DNA of 45,985 bases from Thiotrichales bacterium. Its GTDB lineage: Bacteria > Pseudomonadota > Gammaproteobacteria > CAZUMV01. The stretch covers positions 1 to 45,985 of the forward strand of contig DTYI01000107.1 in the NCBI GenBank assembly GCA_012961935.1, read 5' to 3'. This document shows positions 1 to 7,985 of this stretch, piece by piece (the first letter of the stretch is position 1; the number at the start of each line of letters is the position of its first letter). A program made the translations under genes and the position numbers. The notes below the pieces were generated by a model that was not told the origin of the DNA, ran no database searches, and saw only the letters and a program-made list of their open reading frames with translations.

Positions 1-2
1 GC

Positions 3-59
3 GATATGTGCAGCGGCGCGATCTTGCTTTATAAAATCCCCAAAGTGGTCATTGGGTAA
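3..59 (+). CDS. 3' end of a CMP/dCMP (cytosine/nucleoside) deaminase-family gene, partial at the window edge
   Basis: Frame 3 reads DMCSGAILLYKIPKVVIG then TAA at 57-59. This resembles the PCxMCxGAI...VV.G segment of zinc deaminases. Only 18 codons are visible, and the protein seems to end earlier than canonical family members. Confidence 0.3.
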   Translation, partial: DMCSGAILLYKIPKVVIG

Positions 60-78
60 TTGAGAACGCCCCCTGGGT

Positions 79-110
79 TAAAAATAAAAAAGCCCCGCCA
101 GTGCGGGGCT
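79..110 (-). terminator. Rho-independent terminator downstream of prk
   Basis: GC-rich hairpin agccccgc-cagt-gcggggct (91-110). On the minus strand it is followed by a T-run (complement of the aaaaataaaaaa tract at about 80-91), about 20 nt past the prk stop at 132. Confidence 0.6.
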
Positions 111-131
111 TGTGTTGATGCGTTCCAGTCA

Positions 132-1019
132 TTACCGGTTCGCAATCAATTCCTTGATGATGGGCGTGAGGATAATCTCCATCGCCATGCCCATAATGCC
201 ACCCGGTGCAACGATTGTATTGCGGCGAGACATAAATGAATTCGGCAGCATGTTCAGCAGATAAGGAAAATCGGTATCGAATTTTTCCGGGTTATCGAAC
301 CGAATCACAACGAAACTTTCATCCGGCGTGGGGATGTCGCGGGCGATGAAAGGGTTGGAGGTATCGACCGTTGCAACACGTTGGAAGTTGATATCCGTAC
401 GCGAGAACTGTGGCGTGATGTGGTTGACGTAATCCGGCATGCGACGCAGGATGGTGTCGACAATCGCTTCGGCTGAGTAGCCGCGCTCGGCATTGTCACG
501 GAAGATTTTCTGAATCCATTCCAGGTTGACGACAGGTACGACGCCAACGCCGAGGTCAACGTGCTGGGCAACATTGTAGCCATCGCCTTCAACCAGCCCG
601 TGCAGACCTTCGTAAAACAGCAGGTCACTACCGCCTGGAATATCTTCCCAGGGGGTAAATTCGCCCGCTTTTTTATCGACACCCAGGCGAGCATTATGCT
701 CTGCTGCTTCTTCGTCACTGTGCAGATAGTAGCGCTTTTTGCCCGTGCCACTTTCACCATAGCTTTTAAACAGGGCTTCCAGCGCGGCAAAATCATTGGA
801 CTCTGGGCCAAAATGGCTGAAATTGTTGTTGCCTTCAGCTTCAGCTTTGGCCACGGCTTCCTTGAATTCAGTCCGGCTAAGGGCGTGAAAGCTGTCGCCT
901 TCAACAATTACCGGACTGATTTTCTGGCGCCGAAAGATGGCTTCGAAAGCGCGTTTGACGGTTGAAGTACCTGCACCGGAAGAGCCGGTAACAGCAACAA
1001 CGGGATGTTTCTTGGACAT
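132..1019 (-). CDS. prk: Phosphoribulokinase
   Basis: 295 aa. N-terminal P-loop VAVTGSSGAGTST, and overall length and sequence are typical of bacterial PRK/PrkB. Confidence 0.9.
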   Translation of the reverse strand: MSKKHPVVAVTGSSGAGTSTVKRAFEAIFRRQKISPVIVEGDSFHALSRTEFKEAVAKAEAEGNNNFSHFGPESNDFAALEALFKSYGESGTGKKRYYLHSDEEAAEHNARLGVDKKAGEFTPWEDIPGGSDLLFYEGLHGLVEGDGYNVAQHVDLGVGVVPVVNLEWIQKIFRDNAERGYSAEAIVDTILRRMPDYVNHITPQFSRTDINFQRVATVDTSNPFIARDIPTPDESFVVIRFDNPEKFDTDFPYLLNMLPNSFMSRRNTIVAPGGIMGMAMEIILTPIIKELIANR

Positions 1020-1135
1020 GGTAATCTCCCCATTTTATATATAAATCAAAAACATAGAGCAAAGCAGGATGCCGCTGTGCTTTATGTTCTCAGCTGGATA
1101 CGGCCCGCTATTCTAACCTTGTTGGCGGGTGAGCG

Positions 1136-1819
1136 CTATTGCCGTTGGAAGATCAAATCCCAGACCCCGTGTCCCAAACGCTGCCCACGTTGTTCAAATT
1201 TGGTCAGCGGTCGGAAATCAGGGCGGGGCAGGTAATCACCCGCTGTGGCGGTATTGATGAAATCCGGGGAGGCCGTCAGCACTTCCAGCATCTGTTCGGC
1301 GTAGTTTTCCCAGTCGGTTGCAAGGTGCAGGATGCTTTCTGGTTTCATGCGTGTGGCCAGCAGGTTGATAAAATCTGGCTGGATTAACCGGCGTTTATGG
1401 TGTTTTTTCTTTGGCCAGGGGTCTGGGAAAAAGATTTGTATTTTATTCAGCGACTCTGGCGGGATCATGCGCTTGAGCACCTCGACGGCGTCGTGGCAGA
1501 TGATGCGAACATTATTTAAATTTTCCTGCTCAAGTTGCAGTAGCAGGTTGCCGACACCCGGACGGTGCACTTCAATACCAATGAAGTTGTGTTCTGGCGA
1601 GGCAGCAGCCATCTGTGTAAGCGAAGCACCATTACCGAAACCTATTTCCAGCGTAATCGGCGCAGATCGGCCAAAGATCACGTCGAAATCCAGAAAATGA
1701 TCAGAAAATTCGATTCCATAAACTGGCCATAAAGTTTCCAGGGCACGCTGCTGCGCTGAGGTCAGGCGACCCTCGCGACGGACAAAACTGCGAATGGTCC
1801 GAAGCTGTTTTTTGGGCAT
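1136..1819 (-). CDS. trmB: tRNA (guanine46-N7)-methyltransferase
   Basis: 227 aa with LEIGFGNG SAM motif and FPDPWPKKKHHKRR motif. Its start overlaps the thiG stop (TAATG). Confidence 0.9.
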   Translation of the reverse strand: MPKKQLRTIRSFVRREGRLTSAQQRALETLWPVYGIEFSDHFLDFDVIFGRSAPITLEIGFGNGASLTQMAAASPEHNFIGIEVHRPGVGNLLLQLEQENLNNVRIICHDAVEVLKRMIPPESLNKIQIFFPDPWPKKKHHKRRLIQPDFINLLATRMKPESILHLATDWENYAEQMLEVLTASPDFINTATAGDYLPRPDFRPLTKFEQRGQRLGHGVWDLIFQRQ

Positions 1820-2607
1820 TAAAAAAACGTGCCATCGATGGGAGACGAAGCAGAAGCATAGCGCTTGCGTGGCATGCGTCCTGCCAGAAAAGCTTCACGC
1901 CCGGCTTCGATCCCTTTTTTCATGGCCGAGGCCATCAGCACTGGATCTTTGGCGGCAGCAATCGCGGTGTTCATCAGCACACCATCGCAACCCATTTCCA
2001 TGGCGATGGCTGCGTCCGATGCTGTACCTACGCCTGCGTCAACAATAATGGGGACGTTCGCATTCTCGATGATTTCAAGAATGTTATACGGATTGCGGAT
2101 CCCCAGTCCCGAGCCAATCGGCGCGGCCAACGGCATCACCGCCGCACAGCCGATCTGTTCCAGCTCACGGGCAACGATCGGATCATCATTGGTGTAGACC
2201 ATGACTTCAAAGCCATCTTTTACAAGTGTTTCTGCGGCTTTGAGTGTTTCGGTAATATGCGGAAACAGGGTTTTTTCATCACCCAGCACTTCCAGCTTGG
2301 TGAGGTTGTGGCCATCAAGTAATTCTCTTGCGAGCCGACAGGTGCGCACGGCATCCTCAGCGCTATAGCAACCGGCCGTATTCGGCAACAGGGTATATTT
2401 ATCAGGATGAATCACATCCAGCAGGTTGGGTTCATCCGGGTTCTGGCCGATGTTGGTGCGCCGGATGGCGACGGTGACGATTTCAGCGCCACTGGCTTCT
2501 ATTGCCAGCCGGGTTTCTTCCAGGTCTTTGTATTTTCCCGTGCCGACCAGCAGGCGGGAATGGTAGGTTTTGCCCGCGACCTGCAGCGGGTTCTGCATTG
2601 TGTTCAT
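1819..2607 (-). CDS. thiG: Thiazole synthase
   Basis: 262 aa. Motifs LLVGTGKY...LLPNTAGC...KLEV are typical of ThiG. It lies downstream of thiS. Confidence 0.95.
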   Translation of the reverse strand: MNTMQNPLQVAGKTYHSRLLVGTGKYKDLEETRLAIEASGAEIVTVAIRRTNIGQNPDEPNLLDVIHPDKYTLLPNTAGCYSAEDAVRTCRLARELLDGHNLTKLEVLGDEKTLFPHITETLKAAETLVKDGFEVMVYTNDDPIVARELEQIGCAAVMPLAAPIGSGLGIRNPYNILEIIENANVPIIVDAGVGTASDAAIAMEMGCDGVLMNTAIAAAKDPVLMASAMKKGIEAGREAFLAGRMPRKRYASASSPIDGTFF

Positions 2608-2649
2608 TTTATGTGTTTCCAGTCGTAATAGATTTAGAGGATTTAGGGG

Positions 2650-2850
2650 CTAGCCGCCACCAATAGCATGAACGATTTCAACTTTGTCGTTCGCGTGAAG
2701 CTGATAGTGCTCATATTCACTGCGAGGAACAATCTCCTGGTTAATTTCCATCGCCAGTTTTTTATCGCTCAATTGTAAGGACTCAAGCAGGTTTGAGGCG
2801 GAGCTTTTGTCTGCCAGTTCAAAAGGCTTGCCGTTGAGAAGAATTTTCAT
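2650..2850 (-). CDS. thiS: Sulfur carrier protein ThiS
   Basis: 66 aa, MKILLNGK...VEIVHAIGGG, with a C-terminal GG. I used the internal ATG at 2850. The longer track ORF (to 2937) adds non-homologous residues. Confidence 0.85.
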   Translation of the reverse strand: MKILLNGKPFELADKSSASNLLESLQLSDKKLAMEINQEIVPRSEYEHYQLHANDKVEIVHAIGGG

Positions 2851-2985
2851 ATTCAAGTTGTTGCAAAAATAATTGTATATTGTATGTGATTCCCGCGCCC
2901 CATAAAATAGTTGGCCATCGCTGGAAACTTTCTTCACCGCAAAGCTTCCGCATCCTGCTCACGCTCCTTACCTACCTCCCTGTAG

Positions 2986-3050
2986 GCAAAGGCGCAAAGA
3001 ACGCAAAGAAGATATTGTTTAAAAAAACTTTGCGTTCTTTGCGCCTTTGC
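2986..3050. repeat. REP-like palindromic element (GACGCARAG superfamily, CAAAG variant)
   Basis: Perfect 23-bp inverted repeat gcaaaggcgcaaagaacgcaaag / ctttgcgttctttgcgcctttgc with a 19-nt loop. It lies between the divergent thiS and thiO genes. Confidence 0.8.
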
Positions 3051-3102
3051 GGTGAATATATCCAATTCTATCTTGCGGGAATGACACATCAGGGGGTTCC
3101 CT

Positions 3103-4188
3103 ATGTCTGATTGTTTGATTATTGGTGGCGGTATTATCGGTCTGCTTTCGGCTCGACTACTCAATGAAGCCGGGCTGGATGTGCAAATTATCGACAAGGG
3201 AGAGCCTGGTCGTGAATCTTCCTGGGCGGGCGGTGGTATTCTTTCCCCGCTTTATCCCTGGCGTTACCCTGATCCCATCAATCAACTGGCTGCCTGGAGT
3301 CAGCAGCGATACCCGGCCTTATTGCAGTCCTTGCTGGATGAAACCGGCATCGACCCCGAACTTGAACCCAGTGGCATGCTCTTTCTGGATGATGGGGAGG
3401 ACTATCAGGGCTGGGCGGCGAAATGGGCGGTTGAATGCCAGGAGATTGAAGGACGCGAGGAATTAGCCGGGCTTGAACCGAATCTGGCTGCTGAATACAC
3501 GCGAGGATTATTGCTACCCGCTGTCAATCATGTGCGCAACCCGCGCCTGCTCAAGGCGATGCTCGCCAGTTTGCGGAAACGAGGCGTGAAAATTCAAGCT
3601 AATGTCGCAGCAAAAAAATTATTGATTGAGCAGAATCGGGTTGTCGGTGTTGCAACGCCAGAAGGTGAGATCAGGGCAGATAAAGTACTCGTGGCAGCGG
3701 GTTCCTGGTCAGCCGGTTTGCTGGATGAATTCTGCGGACCGCCCCCAAAAATTCAACCCGTAAAAGGACAGATGTTGCTCTATCGTGCCGAACCGGGTGT
3801 GCTGAAGCACATATTAATGCACGAAGGCCATTACCTGATCCCCCGACGGGATGGCCGGATACTGGTTGGCAGTAGCATGGAGTACACAGGCTTTGATAAA
3901 AGCACAACGCCTCAGGTTCGCGATGAACTGTCCACCGTTGCCACAGGCTTGATTCCAGCGCTGGCCGAATACCCAATCGAAAAGCACTGGGCAGGTCTCA
4001 GGCCAGGTTCACCCGAGGGCATACCTTATATTGGTGCCTGTCCTGATGTTGATGGTCTGTTTGTGAACGCCGGGCATTTCAGGAATGGCGTGGTCATGGG
4101 GCTGGCGGCGGCGTATCTGGGAGCAGATCTGATGCTAAACCGGGACCCAATCGTCAACCCGCTGCCTTATCAGGTTGGAACTCGCTGA
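3103..4188 (+). CDS. thiO: Glycine oxidase ThiO (FAD-dependent oxidoreductase)
   Basis: 361 aa with an N-terminal IIGGGIIG dinucleotide-binding motif. It is adjacent and divergent to thiSG. Confidence 0.85.
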   Translation: MSDCLIIGGGIIGLLSARLLNEAGLDVQIIDKGEPGRESSWAGGGILSPLYPWRYPDPINQLAAWSQQRYPALLQSLLDETGIDPELEPSGMLFLDDGEDYQGWAAKWAVECQEIEGREELAGLEPNLAAEYTRGLLLPAVNHVRNPRLLKAMLASLRKRGVKIQANVAAKKLLIEQNRVVGVATPEGEIRADKVLVAAGSWSAGLLDEFCGPPPKIQPVKGQMLLYRAEPGVLKHILMHEGHYLIPRRDGRILVGSSMEYTGFDKSTTPQVRDELSTVATGLIPALAEYPIEKHWAGLRPGSPEGIPYIGACPDVDGLFVNAGHFRNGVVMGLAAAYLGADLMLNRDPIVNPLPYQVGTR

Positions 4189-4190
4189 TA

Positions 4191-4297
4191 ATCCTTGAAA
4201 CCTCAGTTGGGCGCGAAAAAGACGCGTAAGCCATTGGTTTGCCAGGTGCATCAAAGGCTTGCGTGGACATTCGTGATCCAACTGAGGTTTCAAGGAT
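4191..4297. repeat. Long-hairpin (MITE-like) intergenic element
   Basis: Perfect 20-bp terminal inverted repeat atccttgaaacctcagttgg (4191-4210) / ccaactgaggtttcaaggat (4278-4297) around a 67-nt core. It starts 3 nt after the thiO stop. Confidence 0.75.
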
Positions 4298-4347
4298 CGT
4301 GTGACGGTTTTATGGATTTTGCCGCATTGATGGGTATACTTGTTTAT

Positions 4348-4767
4348 ATGGATGCAAAATTATCATTTCGCCAGCAGGTCATCGACAAGCTGACTGACCA
4401 TAACATCACAGCGACCAAACAAAGGGTGGAGATAGGTCTCTGCCTGTTTGACTGCGACCAGCATGTAACGGCAGACCAGCTGCAGGAGCGGGTTAACAAA
4501 AGTGGCGGAGAAGCCTCCAAAGCGACGATCTACAACACGCTAGGTTTGTTTGCAAAAAAGGGATTGCTTCGTGAAGTGGTGATTGATCCAACCAAACTCG
4601 TCTACGACACCAACACCAGCACCCACCATCATATTTATAACCTGGACAGTGGCGAACTTCAGGATATTACTGCAGGGGAAGTGGGGCTGAACAAACTTCC
4701 AGAGCTGGGCGAGAATCTGGAAGTTGAGGATGTGGATATTATCATCCGGGTCAGGAATAAGGACTAA
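4348..4767 (+). CDS. Fur-family transcriptional regulator, Irr-like (HHH motif, no CxxC pairs)
   Basis: 139 aa from the ATG at 4348; the track ORF from 4195 runs through the hairpin element. Winged-helix region KATIYNTLGLFAKKGLL, then VYDTNTSTHHHIYNLDSGELQDI, with no C-terminal cysteine pairs. An alternative start is at 4312. Confidence 0.75.
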   Translation: MDAKLSFRQQVIDKLTDHNITATKQRVEIGLCLFDCDQHVTADQLQERVNKSGGEASKATIYNTLGLFAKKGLLREVVIDPTKLVYDTNTSTHHHIYNLDSGELQDITAGEVGLNKLPELGENLEVEDVDIIIRVRNKD

Positions 4768-5297
4768 TTACAATTTATATGCGCAGGTTGCCTGCTCACC
4801 CACCAGCGTCCACCATAATTTACCCTGAGCGCCCGTGCATGTGTTCCATCGCTATTGCCCGAACCATCACAGACCGAAATAGTCCCAAGCTGTAATGCAC
4901 CGCTCAAGGTTCTGTTGAAACCCGAGCTCAAATAGGAAATATAGCGACTGACATGCCGGTTGCCCTGAATCAAAATTTCACCCCTGATGGCTTCATGCTG
5001 CTGTATGATTTGTTCGTCCGGGTCAACCACAGCATTGGCATTACCATCAACAAAAACCACCCAGCCATTTTTCCAGTTTCCATTGTTTGCAGCCATAGTG
5101 ACGCGCGTGTTTCTTTTGATGGCTTCGCTGCGTGTTAAATAGAAAGAAGATAGCAGTGTATTTGTGACAGTGGTCAATCGGTTATTATTGATCACACTAT
5201 ATAATGATGGTACGGCGACTGTGGCCAGAATACTGGCAACAGAGACTGTGACAAGTAATTCGACTAAGGTAATTCCATCGGTTGTCCGCATAACCAT
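4764..5297 (-). CDS. fimT: Type IV pilus minor pilin, GspH/FimT family
   Basis: 177 aa. Prepilin N-terminus GITLVELLVTVSVASILA followed by the GspH-type segment NNRLTTVTNTLLSSFYLTRSEAIKRN. Confidence 0.75.
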   Translation of the reverse strand: MVMRTTDGITLVELLVTVSVASILATVAVPSLYSVINNNRLTTVTNTLLSSFYLTRSEAIKRNTRVTMAANNGNWKNGWVVFVDGNANAVVDPDEQIIQQHEAIRGEILIQGNRHVSRYISYLSSGFNRTLSGALQLGTISVCDGSGNSDGTHARALRVNYGGRWWVSRQPAHINCN

Positions 5298-5417
5298 CCT
5301 TGGTAAAATGAGAGGTAGTTCAAAACTTAACCGAATCCATACCCGTTTGTCCAGGGTTGTTTGCCGTTTACCGGCTGTGCGGGTTTACTTTGCTACACAA
5401 ACAGACACAATGAAAAA

Positions 5418-5897
5418 ATGAATAAAGAAATTGGTGTAACACTGGTTGAGTTAATGGTTGTCATTGCGATAGTAGCGATTACCTTAACGATTGGTGTGCC
5501 CAGTATGCGGAATATGATCGCCAACAACCGGTCTTCATCGCAGGCGATTAACTTTGTTGCGTCTTTAAATCTGGCGCGCAGTGAGGCGGTCAAGCGAGGC
5601 AGTACTGTCAGCATGGCTGCAACGGATGGTGCTAACTGGGAAAATGGCTGGCAAATCTGGGATGACCAGAATGGTGACGGTAATGTGGATGCTGGCGAGA
5701 CGATTCTACAAACATCGGCTGGTTTGACTGGAGGGAATACATTAGCTGCTGGGGGCGTAACTAGCTTGACCTATACATCAACTGGAAGGATAGCCGCTGT
5801 GGCTACTTTCACATTAGACAGTGCCAGCGGAGCCGGCTATGACAGGACAATAGAAATCCAGCCTACCGGCAGGGTTCACGTGTTTGGGGAGACATAG
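5418..5897 (+). CDS. fimU: Type IV pilus minor pilin, GspH/FimU family
   Basis: 159 aa from the ATG at 5418: MNKEIGVTLVELMVVIAIVAI...LARSEAVKRG. It is the first gene of the fimU-pilVWXY1E-type operon. Confidence 0.75.
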   Translation: MNKEIGVTLVELMVVIAIVAITLTIGVPSMRNMIANNRSSSQAINFVASLNLARSEAVKRGSTVSMAATDGANWENGWQIWDDQNGDGNVDAGETILQTSAGLTGGNTLAAGGVTSLTYTSTGRIAAVATFTLDSASGAGYDRTIEIQPTGRVHVFGET

Positions 5898-5909
5898 GAG
5901 AAACAGACT

Positions 5910-6377
5910 ATGCAAACTGAAAAATTAAATTTTCCCGATATTCGGCCTAAGGAAACTGGGTTCACACTGGTAGAAATGCTGGTGGCCGTGGTGGTGCTCT
6001 CAGTGGGTTTGCTGGGTCTTGCTAGCCTGCAGGCTAACTCGCTAAAAATGAATGACAGTGCTTATTACCGCACCCAGGCGACCTATCTGGGTTATGACAT
6101 TCTGGAGCGGATGCGGGCTAACAGAGCGGCAGCGATTACGAATAGCTACAATGTAACGTCGGGTTTTACACCGCCGACAGGTAGTAGTGTTGAAGAATCT
6201 GATCTTCGGGAATGGGATAATCTGGTTCGGAGCCTACTGCCATCAGGACAGGGATCTATTGCTTGTGATGCCGCAGGCGTAGGTTTATGCACCATAACGA
6301 TTTCGTGGAATGATAGCCGGGCCGCGACGAATACCGAAGCCAACACAAAAACGATTACCCTGAATACGCAGATATAA
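5910..6377 (+). CDS. pilV: Type IV pilus modification protein / minor pilin PilV
   Basis: 155 aa. GFTLVEMLVAVVVLSVGLLGLASLQ prepilin N-terminus, in the operon position of pilV. Confidence 0.85.
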   Translation: MQTEKLNFPDIRPKETGFTLVEMLVAVVVLSVGLLGLASLQANSLKMNDSAYYRTQATYLGYDILERMRANRAAAITNSYNVTSGFTPPTGSSVEESDLREWDNLVRSLLPSGQGSIACDAAGVGLCTITISWNDSRAATNTEANTKTITLNTQI

Positions 6378-6380
6378 GCC

Positions 6381-7355
6381 ATGCAGACAGAAATCAACCA
6401 ACAACACAGACAGCAGGGCGTCACCCTGGTAGAGATGATGATCGCCATGGTCATCAGCCTGTTGTTGATGGCGGGTGTTTATCAGACTTACCTCGGTAGC
6501 AAACAGGCTTATCGCACCCAGGACGGTTTATCCCGGTTGCAGGAAAATGCACGTTTTGCAATGGATCAGCTTACCCGTGATATCCGCATGGCCAACAATT
6601 TTGGCTGTGTGCCAGCGCCGATTAACCAGTTTGGTGATCAGGTGATCGTCGACCGTAGTGGAAGTTTTAATTTTGATCCAACCAATCCAGCAACCCCAGC
6701 AAATAATGGCGGGATCGCCTCGATCCCCGACACAAATGGAACCGACAGTATAACGATTCGCGGCATAGGTGGGCCTAATGGGGTGGTTGCATCGCCAGTT
6801 GCGAGCGTGACCGGCACCACCGTGGCGCTTGTGCCGGGCTCAACGTTGCCAGCTGTCGGCGAGACTGTTGTTATCAGTAATTGCCGTATGGCGGAAATTG
6901 ATGTTGTCACCGCCGTCGATACTGCAGCAGAAGAAATTACTTTACCCAACATTACCGGCATTGCTGGCGCGACTTATGGCCTTGGTACCATGGTCTACCC
7001 GGTCAGGACGATTGTTTATACCGTGCAGCCTGGCACGAGTCAGAATGGGTTATTTCGGGATGCAGATGGTCCCGGACCCCAGGTCCCACAGGAAGTAGCT
7101 GAGGGTCTGGAGAGTATTGATTTCCTGTTCCGTGAAACTACCGGCACTGCTTTTACAACATCTGATGGCGTCACGAACTGGAATCTCATTGATGTGGTTC
7201 GGGTAAGCATGGTGTTTTCCACGCCGCGCGACAATATCGCTACAACTAATCAGACCTATACCGTGGTTGATAATGCAGGCGCGACAACCACTGCAACCGC
7301 AGCTGATCGGCGTTTGTACAGAATGGTATCGGCGCTGATCGATGTCAGGAAATAG
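6381..7355 (+). CDS. pilW: Type IV pilus assembly protein / minor pilin PilW
   Basis: 324 aa. GVTLVEMMIAMVISLLLMAG...LQENARFAMDQLTRDIRMA is typical of PilW. Confidence 0.85.
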   Translation: MQTEINQQHRQQGVTLVEMMIAMVISLLLMAGVYQTYLGSKQAYRTQDGLSRLQENARFAMDQLTRDIRMANNFGCVPAPINQFGDQVIVDRSGSFNFDPTNPATPANNGGIASIPDTNGTDSITIRGIGGPNGVVASPVASVTGTTVALVPGSTLPAVGETVVISNCRMAEIDVVTAVDTAAEEITLPNITGIAGATYGLGTMVYPVRTIVYTVQPGTSQNGLFRDADGPGPQVPQEVAEGLESIDFLFRETTGTAFTTSDGVTNWNLIDVVRVSMVFSTPRDNIATTNQTYTVVDNAGATTTATAADRRLYRMVSALIDVRK

Positions 7356-7358
7356 AAG

Positions 7359-7952
7359 ATGACAATGATGAACATCAAGCACAAGCAACAGGGCGCCGTA
7401 CTAGTGGTGAGCCTGCTTATTTTGCTGGTCATGACTATGCTTGGTCTGGCAGCCATGCAGACAAGCGTGCTGGAAGAGAAAATGGCCGGTAATGCGCTTG
7501 ATAAAAGCATGGCCTTCCAGGCTGCAGAAGCTGGCTTGCGTGCGGGTGAAAACAGGCTTAAAGGTAGTTTTTCGTTGATCCAGTTGACAAATTGTGAAGT
7601 CGGCGACGATATCACTCTGTCTCCAACTGTGACGGTTATTTGCTATAACCTGACCACTGACCCCGAGCCAGACCCGCTTGCTCAGGCAACATGGGATGAT
7701 GCTGCAGCTGGCGTCTACACTCGAGTGGAAGCTAATGATTATACGCAAGTAGGTGGGCAGGATTTTCCAAAATATTACATCACTGCATTAGGCAGGCGGC
7801 CAGTCGGGAGCTTGACAAACATGGCGCAAGGCACAGGAAGGCCACCCAGTGCGGGGAATATTATTGATTTTCGTGTTACTGCGCGTGGCACAGGTGGCAG
7901 CGCAAACGCCCAATCCGTGTTGCGCTCATATTTTGCGACATTAGCACCATAA
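7359..7952 (+). CDS. pilX: Type IV pilus minor pilin PilX
   Basis: 197 aa. QQGAVLVVSLLILLVMTMLGLAAMQTS resembles the PilX N-terminal domain, and the gene sits between pilW and pilY1. Confidence 0.75.
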   Translation: MTMMNIKHKQQGAVLVVSLLILLVMTMLGLAAMQTSVLEEKMAGNALDKSMAFQAAEAGLRAGENRLKGSFSLIQLTNCEVGDDITLSPTVTVICYNLTTDPEPDPLAQATWDDAAAGVYTRVEANDYTQVGGQDFPKYYITALGRRPVGSLTNMAQGTGRPPSAGNIIDFRVTARGTGGSANAQSVLRSYFATLAP

Positions 7953-7985
7953 CTTATTGCAGGGACACTTAGGGGACAACTTATT

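Noticed and set aside
3-59. An apparently premature end of the deaminase-like gene at the window start, as a possible truncation or pseudogene.
   Set aside because: Only 18 codons are visible. I cannot judge the full length or the family without the upstream sequence.
305-965. ORFs 305-907 (-) and 561-965 (+), which overlap prk. The same applies to many similar ORFs nested in or antisense to ileS, murJ, pilY1, hscA, aspS, the hydrogenase genes and others.
   Set aside because: They lie inside, or antisense to, long ORFs with clear family signatures. Their translations are low-complexity or Arg/Ser/Cys-rich with no recognisable motifs. They are shadow ORFs.
2851-3102. A possible TPP (THI-box) riboswitch upstream of thiS-thiG or thiO.
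   Set aside because: I read both strands for the conserved CTGAGA ... ACCTGATCTGGATAATGCCAGCG core and found nothing convincing. The region is dominated by a REP-like palindrome. A covariance-model scan (Rfam RF00059) would be the decisive test.
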